A stretch of 63,676 nt of DNA, filler included, from Sphacelaria rigidula (taxonomy: Eukaryota): the NCBI GenBank assembly GCA_964200075.2. It is 4 parts of 4 records of this genome, joined end to end, with 100 filler letters (N's around TTAATTAATTAA, not from the genome) between each part and the next. Parts side by side here need not be neighbours in the genome. Positions count along the whole stretch, not along the records: positions 1 to 15,847 come from CAXNAA020001570.1; positions 15,948 to 31,793 come from CAXNAA020001571.1; 2 more parts are not named here. One strand, given 5' to 3'. Both the position numbers and the translations under genes were made by a program. The notes beneath the pieces are model-generated. The model made no database searches and was not told where the DNA came from. It worked only from the letters and a program-made list of their open reading frames with translations. Positions 14,477 through 29,100 of this stretch are shown here, piece by piece; the stretch's first letter is position 1; the number at the start of each line of letters is the position of its first letter.

Positions 14477-15847
14477 GTCTGTGCCATGCACCATGCCATA
14501 TCCGAAGTGCGACCAAGAACCCGCCTGCCTGCAAAATTCAAAGCCGTCTGGGCCTATTGCCCCCCCAATACCCCCATATGGCTCGACACCTGTGTCGTAT
14601 TCTACTGAGAGGCAAGCCATCTGTCTACTTTCGTATGTTTGTTTTGCGTGGGGTGGTGAAGTGGGCAACGCCCTTCATAGATTGCCTCTCAGGTGTAGCT
14701 ACTAAAAGTTGCGCAGCAAAACTACGGACCTACTGCGTTGTCGTATCGTCTAAAAGCGCAGTCACCAGACTTGCGACTTGCCAAACAATTCTTCGCGGCG
14801 TACGGTCCAAAGCCCCCCCCTCCTGGCTGCGTGCCACGACTCTGTTGTTACTCCGCTCTCTGCGCCTCCCCCTCTATTCATCCACGCCCCACAATAATGG
14901 TGGGATTTCATTAATCAGAGGGGTGTACGATTGGGGTGTACTGGAGATACTGCCGGTGCTTTCGTTGAGGACTACGTAATCTGCGCACACCTGACTAGCT
15001 GGGTGCTACATGACTGCTGTGTAATCAAGCCACAGTAGCAGTTTGGGAGTGTAAGCTAGGGTAAGCTAGGCTTCGGCATTGTCTTATCGAGACAAAGAAA
15101 GAAGCGAGAAACGAAACAAGCGTCCAAAAGCAGTACCCTGCTTAATCGCCCCGGTGGGTCTGTGGTTGTGCCGACTAATCAACATGCTGCTTTTGGGAAC
15201 TTGTTTCTTGTTTTGTCCTGAGCTTCTTTTTTTCGTCTCGGTGAGACACGACCGACGATCGGCAAACCCGTTGGCTCGAGTATCGCAAATCTGCAAATAC
15301 ATGCACCGTCGTGTACCCACTTGCAGCGCGTACGTTACAGTATAGACAGTACAGTACAGTATTGCACCACACCGAAGTCGCTTCTGCTACGCGTTGACCG
15401 CAGGCGGGGCTGCCCCGTTGTTTTTGTTATCACGGCCATGCGCGATTAGATTTTTTCAAAGAAATTGACGAGAGATGAGGCCAGCCCCACCTGTAGGGTA
15501 CAAGAACTCCTATTATCCCTTTCAGAACCCTCCCCATCCCGTCCCCGGGCCAGACGCCTCATTGTGAGAAGCCCTGACGAAGAAAAGAAGATGGAAACAG
15601 AAAAGACCGACGGCAACCGTGTTTACTGTGAAAGACCATAGAAGACTCTAGACGCACACGTCATAGATATACCGAAAATGAAACCCCGGAGCGGTCGGGT
15701 TGGGTTTGTCCAATGATATCACGCGACGGTCGAAGTGTGTCCAATTGTGTGCATCGACAAAACTCTCGCAAAACAGTACAAACTCCTACGAGCTGGGCCA
15801 GCCTAGAGGCTGCATGAACGTTTGCAGGCGGATGCGCCGGCCAATAT

Positions 15848-15947
15848 NNNNNNNNNNNNNNNNNNNNNNNNNNNNNNNNNNNNNNNNNNNNTTAATTAAT
15901 TAANNNNNNNNNNNNNNNNNNNNNNNNNNNNNNNNNNNNNNNNNNNN
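15848..15947. other. Artificial contig spacer (N-run with TTAATTAATTAA)
   Basis: 100-nt block whose central 12-mer has stops in all six frames. The same block recurs twice. Confidence 0.97.
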
Positions 15948-17101
15948 GCCCCCCCCCCCCCCCCCCCCCAATCGGCCCCAAATGGAAAAAAGTGAGTGTG
16001 GGTCCAGGGATATTTTTTCACCCGCCCTTGAACTCTACGGTGTGTTCTGGGTGAAGAAAATGTGTTCAAAATTTGCAGCTCGTGCTTGAACCATGCAGCC
16101 GCGCGGCCGAGAAAAGGTAGGTCTGTCCAAAAACGGCCATTTTTCGCTCGTTTTCCCAGGAAAGTACGATAGACCCGGGAACACGAAAAATCGCGAAAAA
16201 TGGTCCAAAAAAAGTGAAAATCGCGAAACCACTCTTGATTTTGAACATGTCCGTGGCATTAAGCTACGCACGCTCCATCCAACATTTGGTTAGCATGTAA
16301 TTGCTAGTGCTCGGCGTGAAAACGTCCAAAATCGGTCAATGGTGGGGGGAAAATGGATCAAAAAAGGTAAAAAAATGGGGTATATTACGACATAGTTTTA
16401 GTGATGAAAACAAGCTTTTTTCTCGTTTTTTTTTCATCAGCTTCGTCTGCGCTTTGCCTTTCCAACGAACCCAACCAAAGCATCGTCGCCACTACTGGCA
16501 TACCTGAACAATGTACCTTTACTTATGGGACAGAGGAAGTATATCCTACTTTGTACTGTACACTTAAATCCTTCTGATGGGCGTGCAATCTGTGAGCGTA
16601 CCTTTTCCCTGCGAAATCGTTTGAGCGTGAGTTCTTACCTCGCGTATCCATTACTCCCCATGTATCTACCGTTCGTTTTGTCCGAATTAACCATGGCGCG
16701 TGTGCGCAAGTGATGCCTCACCTGAGGCTGTTGACCGTCGATTCGCGCCCATGCCATCGGCACGCACAGTGGCGCGATAGCGTGCGCTTCCAGAAAATGG
16801 CGCTTGTTCGGTGTCGTCGCCGTGCTCTTACCATTGCCACAACGTTCACGAGCGATCAAGGTTCCTGCGCTACCGATATTCCCACGTGTCCCGTATCGCA
16901 TAGCACGGCGAACTGCCCTCCGGAAGTTTCTCTTATGACCCCGGCAGCGGTCGCCACAAGTCATACTCAATTAGCCGTTCTTTTGCACACACGACCACTC
17001 TCATTTCCAATGACACTTTGTTCGCCCGTCACTCCGTATGAACACTCATATATGTATTTTCTTCCCTACAATCATCCCCGCTCACATTTCATGTTACGTA
17101 G

Positions 17102-20100
17102 CACGTCGAACGGCGCTCCCGGACGCGCCCCTCGTGGCGAAGGACGTCGACCTAGCCTCAGCGGGGGAGCGCCGGCATGGGCACCTAAAGCCATCGTCCA
17201 CAGCACCTCCGACACGTCCGCGCGGCGGAGACCAAGCTTAGGGGGGGGATTGCCGCCGTGGGCCCCAAAACATAACGACACAAGAGAGAATGACGACGAT
17301 AAAGCAGCTGGTTCAGGAGATAGTGGAGGTGGTCGGAGCCGACGACCGAGCCTAGGGGGGGGTATGCCTCCCTGGGCGCCTACGAATAGTGGCGGCAGTG
17401 CCGTGGGGGTCGGTTCGAGTAGCAAGGGCGATCGCAGGCCGAGTCTTAGCGGGGGTATGCCAGCATGGGCGCCGAAGGCGCCTGCGGTGTCTGCTACCGA
17501 GAAGGGTGATTCTGCTGAGGACGTACGTGTGTCTGACGAAAGGGCACGGGAGTCAGCAGCAGGAGCGAGTTCGTCGGCGGTGTTGCCGGATTGGATAGCT
17601 GTGGCTACTAGGGCATCTCTTGGAAGTGTGAGAATCCTTCCTTGTCTCGAAGACAAGTCCGACCTGGAGGCGCAGTAGAGGGCGGGCGGGATTACGTACG
17701 AAGACTTCACTGTTCCCTCGTTATTGATGCAGCACGAGCTTCGATAAAATACTCCCATATCGTGTTCTTATTTCAATTCATCTCTCATGTCCCATGCAAT
17801 TCCCCATCTACCAACGCAGGCAGCTGAAACTTCAAGTGCTGTTGACGACAAGGGAGACGATGGCAGCGGCGGACTGGATTGGCTGGCCCAGGCAGCCATC
17901 GGATCGACAGCACGCCCAGCTACCGACAAGCTCGAGGCACCACCCGCCACCGCTGCAACCTCACAATCGGGAGAAACACCGACTGAGGACGGAGGTCTGT
18001 CATGGCTGACCGCCGCTATCACACCCGGGGGGGCTCAGACTAAGACCACCCGCGTGGATGACACGGCACCATATACTAACACTGTCAAACGCAAGAAATC
18101 TTCAACAGCTGCGGCGGTTTCTGGGGGGTGGATGACTTCCGTCAAGCTCGGCCTCGGTAGCGGCGAAGGGGGGATGGAGGACAATGATGCCGTGGGGAAA
18201 TCGACCGAGGATCGCGCACAGGGTCAGAACAAACCAAAAAAAGCAAAGAAAGATTCTCCGTCCGTGAGTGCGAGCGGTCCCGGAGGATGGCTGGTTTCTG
18301 GGGGTCACGAGATGTTCTTGGATCGCGAGAGTGATGTTGATGATCTTGAGGATGGCGGGGGTGGTTCTCAGGCTGCGGTGACCGTAGAAACTCAAACCGA
18401 AGACGATATTGAGGGGATCGTGAAAAAGGCGGCAGCTCCTAAACTCCCACCGTGGGCTAAGCCCTGGACTCCTCCCCCTCCTCCAGCGGAACCTGCTGTG
18501 GCTGAGGCAACCTCAGGGGGTGAGAAGGATGGGAAGGGGTCTGACCAAAAGGTGAGAGCTATGTCTGCTAATATATACATGTTAGAACGCGAGCGGTGAT
18601 CAGAACTACGGAAGTATCGGGCTCCACCCCTGCGTTCTTTATCATCAATACTTGCGTTGTGTGCCATCAGCACATGTGAGGGAGTCGTTGGGCACTTGTG
18701 GATACATGGGGATCGAATACCAACCGCACAACACCCGTACGATTGCGCGTGGGAGTAGAGGGCCTCGTGCTTCGAAACCGCGGTTCTTCACGTACAACGA
18801 TGCTTGACCGAGTTCCTTGTAGCCTTTTTGAAGCTTCAAGTGAAGGAGTTCCTGACCCTGGACTACCTCACGAGCACAAAGAGAAGTAGCATAACTCTGA
18901 GCCATCATCATATGAGCAATTGTGCACAGCGGAGTCCACGCGACTTTCAACAATTGTCTTCCTTCTATTTCTATCGACATGAACGATTTTACAAATGCCC
19001 ATAGGAATCCAAGGCCTCGGCTGCTCCTGACTGGATTCTCGCGTCAATCGGAGATAAAGTGTCTGGGGATGCCGAACAACTGATTCATGATTTTCCTCCG
19101 GACGAAGATTCCCTTGTTCCCACGAATGGTGGCGGGGGTGGTGATGGAGGAACCGACTGGCTTGCTCAGGCGGTACATCGCCGTTCGTCAGTTGACCGGT
19201 CTCCGAAAAAAGGTGAGTGACAATACTCCGGAGGAGGTTGCGAAGGTGTACTGTACCGTTGTATAAATACCAGCAAGGCGGTATGCGCGTTACGAGGGCT
19301 TCTTGCAATTGACAAGCCGTGAAGAGAAGACGCCTCTTCCAGAACGACGATCAATATTCGCGGTAGCTGTACGCCCCTTGAGACATCATGAGCCAACGCA
19401 CACAAGGCATTTTCCAACCATTGAGATTTTGTCCTGCGTCTTTTGGACCAAACAAGCACCGTTCTCACCCAACGTAGAGTTCACAAACCGGTGGCGATTC
19501 GCTCCATCCTACCATGTTGAAGATAAAACGCTCGTGCTTCTTTTACATGATCGACAGCAGTTTTGATGCCTCTCATTCTTGTGCCTGGTCCCACGGCATT
19601 TCCCTGCGTGCGTGTTCTATCTCAACCAGAGTCCACAGTGAGCACCGACGGAGATGATTGGCTGAAACAAGCCGCGGTTGGTGATCACAACAAACGAAAA
19701 TCACGAAAGCCAGGAGGTACCGTGACTGGTTCAAACTCCCGCCCTCTCCCCAAAACAACATCGGCATCTGCTCCCGCGTTGTCGTGGATGAGTAAGATGA
19801 AACGTCGCTCATCTATTGATTCTGACAAGGACTTCAAGGTTGACGACGACGATATCGCAGCATCCATTGCGCCGGCAAAGGCGGCAGCGGCTCCAGGGGG
19901 GTGGCTCAAAATGGGAGCACTAGGTGCCCCCGACGCCGTAGAAGAAGAAAAAGCGTTGGAGGAGGCACGGGCCGCAATTCCTCCGGTCAGGTGAAAGCAA
20001 GTTGTGACCCTGACTGCGAGGAGGGGGGCAGGGGGGCGGGTACACCGTAGCGGGAAGGGATCGCTAGTGACAAGGGATTAAAGTACATTCCACTTATTCA

Positions 20101-23100
20101 TGAAATCGGTTCTACCGCGCACTCCTTCACAAAAAAGGGAAGGCGTCATGGGGCGTGTTGTAAAGCGCAGAGGAGAGTCTATAGTGTACATGCTGTGCTG
20201 TCACGGGCACTCGCAAGGCCACAGCTCGCTACTGAGAATCGTTCGCTCGAACAGGTCACCCCTCGATCGTATCCGCCGCTTCCTATTGGCCCTCCTCTGT
20301 GCACTAACTTTTTCGTGTCACGTAGCACAGCGGTCTCTGTTCCTGACTGCGCCACCCGCGGAGGCCGTAGATCCAGCCTTGGCGGGGGAGCTCCGCCGTG
20401 GGCCCCTACAGCCGCCGCCGCAACCCCCGCCGCTCCCGGCGACCATGCGCCGAAGCGAAGATCAAGCTTAGGGGGGGGACTGCCACCATGGGCACCGCAA
20501 CGCAGAGGCGAAGGAGGCAACAACGATGCGTCACTCAGTTCGGAGGGTGATGGCAGTGGTCGGGCCCGGCGACCCAGCCTCGGGGGGGGTATGCCCGCCT
20601 GGGCGCCCCCGCGACCCGACGTGTCTGCCAAGCAAGGTCGTTCTACCGAGGAAGTGCATACTTCTGAGGGAGATCTAAAGAAGTCGGTCGGAGAGGCCTC
20701 TTCCGCGGGGCTGCCAGACTGGATAGCTGCGGCCACCGGGACATCGTTTGGAGATGTGAGAGTAGATATGCTTCCTCGATATCTGACTGGGAGAATAAGT
20801 TGTGAAGGGTGGGCGTAAATAATTTTGGTATGATTGTGAACGTTTTAGTTCGTTGCGGCTTTGGTTGCCCGTTGCATTGCCTCATACAACTCTGACTTCG
20901 TACCCCGTAACATCTCGATCTCTGTATACCAAAATGTAGGTAGCTACCGAACCAGAATGTGCTGTCAGCAGCACCGCCGAACCCGACAACAAAGGCAACA
21001 ACAAAAGTGGCGGATTAGACTGGTTGACCCAGGCAGCCACCGGACCGTCAGCAAGCCCAGCCACCTCCAGTACCACCCCGGCATCGACTTCGGCACCAAG
21101 TCAGAAAGGAGGACTCTCATGGCTGACGGCTGCTGCAATATCCGGTGGTACGCAAGGCCAGATCGACCGGCCACCTAGCACCCTAAAGCGTAAAAAGTCA
21201 TCGATAGCTGCGGTACCCGGTGGATGGATGACTTCTGGTAAGCTAGGCCTCGGCGGTGATGACATGGAGGACAGTAGTGATGTTGTCGCGGCTACTGATC
21301 GGGACGGCGGAGGGTCTAAACTGGGCAAGCGCCTCGCAAACCGTCGAGCCCAAAAGGGGGAAAAGTCACTGGCAGTCGCGCAGGGTACCAGCGGTTCCGG
21401 AGGATGGTTGACTTCCGGAGGTCTCGGGGTTGCCTTGGAATCTGATGATGATGGTGATGGTGATGGTGATGGCCGAGGGGATGACGAATGGAGTGGGAAG
21501 GTGCTTGTGACAATTGAAACTCAAACTGAAGAAGACATTGAGGGCATAGTGAAGAGGGGAGCAGCTCCTAGACTGCCACCTTGGGCAAAGCCGTGGGTTC
21601 CTCCTCCAACGGAGCCTACTGCGGCTGAGCCTGCTCCTGATGCGTCTCCAGATGAAAAGGATGGGGAGGGGTCCGATCAAAAGGTGATGAAAGATGTATT
21701 GACATTTCGGGCAAAACTAAGCAGCCGTGTATTTTACAGTGCTTGAGGATTTCTGCGTATGTGTAACATGGAGCTAGCCTTGGACCGCACAGTACCACTA
21801 GTATCAGTGTGCACGATGGACCCCTGCCATGAAGGGGTTGCGCAAGAAATGGGGCTTGCAACAGCCAAACATCTACTCGACGATATTCGCAGTGAGGAAA
21901 AAGAACAGTCGCAAGTCTGTGCAGTTTGTGAGCAAGTGCACATGGCCGAGGTTCTTGAATACCGCAGCAATGTTTACATGAAACAATGTTCGTGCCCCGT
22001 TAATCATTGGCGCGGATGGTTTGTCACAACATTTTCAGGGATCTACCGTTTCGGCTGCTCCCGACTGGATACTTGCGTCGATCGGTGGAGCCACTGAAGA
22101 AACCCTGGCCGAAGGTTCTGTCGCCCCAAGTAGCGGCAGCGTTGGTGGAATCGACTGGCTCGCTCAGGCTGTGCATCCCAGCGCGACAGCTCGGCCGACC
22201 GCGGCAGGTGAGGGCTAATCCGTAAGCGGTTGCGCACAAGAGAAGTTCATAGCTCACAAATACGTGTACCGTGGACTTTTGGGAATGTTTGACTGCGATC
22301 CGTTGGGTTCCAGACTCGTTTCTTCCAGTTCTGATGGACGAATCCGTACGAGCGGCGTGATCGTAACTGTTCGTGCTCTCAAGATCCGGGGGTGGGTCGC
22401 TGTCGCATACTACTCTTCTGCGAGGAACTCCGTTCACTAGAACGCACTCGTCTTTTGGTGCTGACGCGAAGGTGAAATATTGCACTAGCTTCAGAAGCTG
22501 CCTGCGTGCATTGTTATGTCTGAGGTATTGTTAGATCCAAACGATTGGTTCCGAGCAATATACTTCGCTCTTAAGGCAATCTACAGCCACGGCGATCCTC
22601 GCGCTCTGCGACGGTACGATTATACACTGCCTAAGATACTTGAATCTTGCATGGCTTTCAGTGGAAGCCGGAAGAAAGGTACGGCAACCTTACATTTACG
22701 TCACAACCTAGGAATGACAAGATTTCTCCCAGAGGCGGAATTTCCCAGATTCGCACCTGATTTCATGTGTCCTCTCCCCACGCGCACCCTGTCTCGAAAG
22801 GGATGCGTGGTCAATGGTCACACGACTAAGGCAACCAACAAATCAATATCCCCCCTCCCTCGTCGCGCATGCGCGTCCGCTTCCGGCAGGGAGCACGAAC
22901 GGAGCAGATTGGCTTACGCAAGCCGCCGTTGGTAGGAATCCTAACCGGAAGTTGAAAACGCCTGGAGCTGCGACTGCTCCTCCTCGCACTCGCCCCAAAA
23001 CAAAGTCAGAGCCGGCGTTGTCGTGGATGAGCAAGATGAAGCGCCGTTCATCCATGGACCTCGAAGACGAAGCGGTTGAGGCGGCGGCGGTGCAGGCCAA

Positions 23101-26100
23101 GGTGGCGGCGGCGGCAGCGGTACCAGGGAATTGGCTGAAGATGGGAACACTGGGTGCCCCCGACGCCGTAGAAGCGGACAGAGAACTTCAGGAGGCACGG
23201 GCCGCCTCATCCCATGTCAGGTGAATGGGGCGGCCCGTGAGGGAGGGTGCGCGGGGCGGGTTGTCCACTGCTCAGTCGAATCGTTCTAGCTCACGGTGCA
23301 GACTATCGTATTTGTTCTTCACTTCTGTGTAGATCTCATGAATCAAAATGATGGAATTAGGGCTTGACTTATATGCCAAGACAGAGTAGTATTCCGGGGG
23401 GGGGGGGTGACTGCTTGTTTTGTGGAGATATGTTTGTAATACGCTCGGAACCATGTGCAGGTGTTTTTGTGCGGAAGATTTCAATGTACAGTTGTAGCCT
23501 ACTCTGTAGAGATATGTGCCTCGATTTATAACCCCGTATTTGGTAACTAATAAGCGTGGGGCGAGCTTAAATTTGTTTCCCTAAATTCGTAGACCCACGG
23601 GTCGCTAGAGTAATGAAGATATTGTGTACCTCTGTCACGCGGGGCAGAAGTTCCAAAGCAAGACTACAGAATTTAGCGTAGTGTTAGTGCAGTGCTGTCT
23701 AAAATGTTTATTGTCTTCTGACGCCAGCAGGCCGCTAGTGATGCGGGGTTCCTAAGACGTTGTGTCGTTGGCGTACCTCAAGAGCGTGGTGGCTTTCCGC
23801 ATATAACTTTTATTCCTTTCCCCTTTTAGCCCTCTCTTCTCGGCCACCACACTTGATCTACAGCAGTTGTGTGAATACTACTACTGGACATTCAGGAGGA
23901 ACCTTGTCCTAGTTGGGTGGGGGTATCAGGTTGGGAATGATTTAAATGGGGTACGCGATCGCGCGCCAACACCGTGTCTATCGAGCTCTTGAGATGCTGT
24001 TCAAGAACCCGAGAACCAACTTCCAGGAACCTTCCGGAGAACCCTCTAAAACCGCCAGGCATAGTTGACTTCCACGGTACTCTACGTTTCACCTTATCCC
24101 CTTCGAATACATTCTACTTGCCTCTGAAGAATACCCACCCTTTAATCAACCATGCAATTTTGCATTCATCGGAGCCCCCACATGCTTGGCAAAAACCTTC
24201 AGGTCCAGGGACATGGGGATGATATCCGCATACTGTAACTGTTTCTGTGTGTCAACGTACATGACGCGGGTCTTTCCCTGCTTTATCGTGTGGCGGACAG
24301 TGTGATGTTTGACGCTGGTATGCCTCGTCCGGCGACTCGCGTGCTTGCTGATGGACAATTTTCATGCCTCCTTCGTTGTCTTTCCTGATGGTGATGGGGT
24401 AGGTCTTCAGCTCTTGAGTAATGAATTCCTGCGGACGACCCAGGATGAGTACTTCCTGCAGCTTCCATCGTGCCTGCAACGACCGTCGCTTGCATCCTCG
24501 AGAACCAGCTATGTGCTCCTCCCCCCAGAGGCACTGTGATTGCGAGCCTGGTCCGGCGAAAACCTGGCGAGCTCCGTCCCGGCTTCGTAGGGATGCGAGG
24601 TCAATGGTCTCATGGCTACGACATGCAAGATCATGAGCACACTCCAGTAGCACTGCTCCTCCTGTCACTGATCGTTTGCCGTCCGAGCACATGGCGTAGT
24701 CAGAATCAGCTTAGGCATTCATCTCGATGCCGCAGCATTCGTACCCCTCGTAGATGATGCTGAGGTCCTGAGTCCTTCGCAGGTGTTGCAGTTTTTTTCA
24801 CCACGGCCCTTCAGTGCTTTTTCCTGGGGTTTTCGCTTTTGCGACCGTACGGGCAGCGCTGGAGATGTCCAGCCTCGTCATAGTTGCAGCCCACATGATC
24901 GCCCCCACTACTTGGCGGTACGGGATATCCTGCATTTCCTTCTACTCCTTTGGAATCTTTCTATAGTGGCGGCCCGCTTGCCGTCGCTGATGCCATGGCT
25001 CGCGTCAACCACCCGAGGAGTCGCTGGTGCCGTTGCCGGTCGATCCTGTAGTGATCGTAGCTTCCGTGGCGGTGGGTAAACCACCCTCGACAGCAATGCG
25101 GATTCGTTCCCGCCTTTTCTGAGTCCATCTCTTCTCGCAAGTTTCTGCCTTGTGCTCCGGGCCCCCTCAGTTTAAGCACCGAGAGTTATTCTTCGGTGTC
25201 CTGCTGCGGCATTGATCTCCGCGATGTCCCCACTTTTCACTCTTCGAGCACTCGCCGTCGGAAAAAGAGCGGAAGCGGCTAACCCTGTTTTGCTTTAGGT
25301 TGAAGTACTGAGATTTTCGTTGAACCGACTTCGCCGCGGCAACAAGTCATTTCGCTCCAGCTTCGCTCTTCTCTCTCTGGAGTCGCTGGTATCAGTTGTT
25401 GAGCACTCCCTCGATGTGCTCCGGCGATGGCTCTTGGGCTTCTCATTTTAGCATTCGCCATTCGGTGGTGTACCCCTGCGTGAGTCCATTCAGGACGCCG
25501 ATATGTTTTGCGTCCTCGCCGACGTTTTTCCCTACTCGCCTCAGCTCGCTGGCGGCTTCGTCCACCCGCAACATGAACTTCGTGGGCTCCTCTCCCAGCT
25601 CCGCCTCAGTGCGGCAAACTCGGCCACCAGCGGCGCTTGTCCTTGAGGCCGCTCGTACGGTACCGCCGCAGCAGTTTTTTTCATGCCGTTCTGGGTGAGA
25701 CGATGCTCTATACTACTTTCTTCGCTTGGCCTTTAGATATAGAAATGAGAGCAAATCATGCTCATGATCCAGTTTTGATTCGTGCTGGGTCGGCTCCCTC
25801 GTCGTTGGAATTCTCCGCAACCTACATATCATTTCCTGTGGTAGCTCCGAAGCAAAACTCCAAATCCTCGCCTGCGCCAGGAAGGTATTATACCAGTCCG
25901 ACCGGTCCTGTTCTTCCCGAAGAAGGTCTGAAGGTCGACCTCGCAGTCCGTTTTTTCCCGAACGTTCGTAGTTGAGGTCGCTGCGTCGCCGGAGGCTGTT
26001 TTTGGAGCGGGAATCGGACCTGGTGGTTGCAGCATACTGCTGTGGAGCTACCACTACAGCTACATAATTTCTGCCACCTGTCTTCATTTTTCCCGACTCT

Positions 26101-29100
26101 CTCTTTGCTGTCTTGTCCATTTCAGCAGTCTTTCCACTCTTGCTTTAGGAGTATCGCGGCGTCGAATTGTACCGACGCAGCACCGACGTGTTGTGACGTA
26201 TTCGATATCATCTGACCCCAGCAGATCGCTGGAGGTACGGCTTCTCCAAGAATGTGTGTGTCGTTGTCGTACCACAAGAGTATGTGGTAGCTTCCCTCAT
26301 CAAACTCTCATTGGTTTCCCTTTCAGCCCTCTCTTGTCCGTCACCGCACGTGACCTGCAACGATTGTCTTAATACTACCGCTGGACATTCGAGGTAAACC
26401 TTGGCCTAGCTGGGTAGGGCACCAGGTCGGGATTGACTTAGATGGGATTCACGGTCATGCGCCAACACCGTATATGTTGTACTCTTAAGCTACTGCTCTA
26501 GAACCACCCTCTGAAAAAATTCCAGAGAACACTCGGGAACCACCCGCGGAATATCCCGCAGCTATTGTTTTGTGCAGAGCATCTTACTCGGAAGAAGCGG
26601 ATGGTTCTACGTTAGAATTGCACAACATACCGCACGGTCATTCCCGTCGCTGTTCATGGAAGGTCCGAACTCAGAGGGCTTTCCAGGCGTTTGATGCAGG
26701 ATCGTGCCTTCGTCAGCTTAACGAGTACGAGTTGTTGCGCAGCGCGTATTGTGTAGGAGGCGGCACGGACTTGTTCGGTCGGTCGTTAGCAATCTGCATC
26801 CCGTCCGTTGCTCCCGCCCTGTACTGAATAAGTCATACACTCAGCAGCATTCGCATGCATACCGGGGAGCACGATGTCCAGCGGAAGCAACCAGGCTCGA
26901 CTGGAGATGCCCACTCGCTTGCCTTAGTTTCAACGGTTGGCTGTCCTTTCTGCCCCGATACATGTTTCGAATACCTGTCCTTGCAGACAAATCGGCAGTC
27001 GAGCTCACCCCCTTGGATGATCATTTTGAGCCAAACACCGGCGCGGTTCATACTACCGCAGGCATGTCTGGAAGAGTACTGTTTGATTGATTGTCCGACA
27101 CTGACGTCTCCGTTCCGAATCCAATCATGGTCATAAAGTAAGCATATTCGAAGGAAACTGAAGAAAAATATAACAAGGTGACACAGACGCCGAGGTAAGA
27201 AGAACTAATGACCTCGAGGAGCCCCCGAACAGGGCCGTATCGGGGCGTTAGATTGGGGTACCGCACAAAAAGCAAGGTCTTGGAAGTACGTTGCGACTAA
27301 CCTATGTAGGGACCGCATTACCAATCGAAATCTCTCAATCTCCGGCTCTGCAGAGAGGAGGGGGCACAAACACCAATGCGACAGACGCGAAAATAATACA
27401 ACAAGGGAAGGAAAAAAGAAACCGAAGGTAGAAGACGGTACGTTCCCTTCAAACCGGCCGTTGGCAACTTAGGTCAAGTGGGTACAGTGAAAATATTGCC
27501 ATAGGGACAGCGTATATGATATCACAGGTACGCCACGGTTCGATGAATGCCCGCAGAACACACGCCGGCGTCTATCCAGCCAGGCGTTCAACGGTGCAGT
27601 GCTCGCTGAGGGCCAGGCGACAACAGTGGACTGCTGTGAGACATATTTTGTACGACATACCTGAAGTTTTCCTACAAATGGCCGAGCTGCCAGAGCCATG
27701 CAAACATGAGGGTACATTTGAAGGTTTATGACACAAACGACGTGTGACCCCTACCCATGAGAGGCAGAGTGCCGTAGTTTATATAATTTAGTGTGCGGAC
27801 TCTGTCCTAGCCAAGTGCGCTCATCCTATTGCCGGGGACAAGACGACGGCAGAAGCTGACTCACCTCGTGCCTCTCAAGTTGTCCCATTCTACCCATCCT
27901 CGCTTCACCTGTCTCACCGCTTGATCTCGTCTCCTGCCTTGCACGACGCACCTTTTATTCGACTTTCACGCCATACGACCTATCAAGAAAAAATTCAACA
28001 GCAACAACAAAACGCAGGTCGAGCTTCGAGGGAGGGCTGCCGTCATGGGCACCCGGCGCCGCTCACACCGCCGTGGTTTCCGGCCGTCGACCCAGCTTAG
28101 GTGGAGGAGCCCCACCGTGGGCTCCTACAGCCGCATCCACCACCCCCGCCGCCTCCGGTGATGACACGTCAAAGCGACGAAGGCCAAGCTTAGGAGGAGG
28201 ATTGCCGCCGTGGGCACCACAAACAGAAGATGCACCAGATGGTTCGGGAGATCGAGGGAGTGATCGAGGCAGGCGACCCAGCCTCGGGGGGGGCATGCCC
28301 GCCTGGGCCCCCAAGAGCGGCGACGGCGGTGCCAGAGCGTCGGGCAGTCCGGATAGCAAAAGCGACCGCAGGCCGAGTCTTGGCGGCGGTATGCCCGCAT
28401 GGGCGCCGAAGGTAGAGAAAAAAAAGGCGGTGATGGGTCAGGCGAGTGTCGAGGAATCGGAGAGGCCTCGGCGGAGTCAAGATGTGACCCTTGTGGTGCC
28501 CGACTGGCTTGCGGCAGTTGCGGACGGGGGGAGTCGAAGGGTAAGCGATTCATTAGGGAAGGATACGGATGATGTCGGTAATACGGTTCATTTCTTGGGG
28601 CCATATCAAGAATGGGTGGTAAGGCGTCAGGTGGGACAGTGCGGGATGAATGGTTCATGATATTCTGATGGATGGCAGCTCAAACTGTGTCGTGGCGATT
28701 CCAATGGAGCCAAATACGTCATGAGTCGTCAAAATTGCAAAAGAAGAAGTATCAGCTGCATGACGTCTTCCGTCGCAATTTCGGACGGTACTCTCGATGT
28801 TGCCTCATATTACAACAAGGTGAATTGAAGAAGATGCTCAAGGACGATCGGAAAAAAACAACACCTCTCAGATGACCACCAATGCGTAAGAGACCAAACA
28901 ACATGGCGCTTCGTTGATCCGTCGACCCTTCGATAACAGTGTTTGTCGAAACATGCGCCCGAATGGTAGTCGTAAAATACTCTCTTCACTCTGACCCGTC
29001 CCCGCCCCCCCGCCCACGGTGCGACTTTCTCGATCTCCTTGTGCTCCTCAAGAACAGGAGTTCCCCGCATCTACGAGCAACTCTGATGCGAATGACACTG

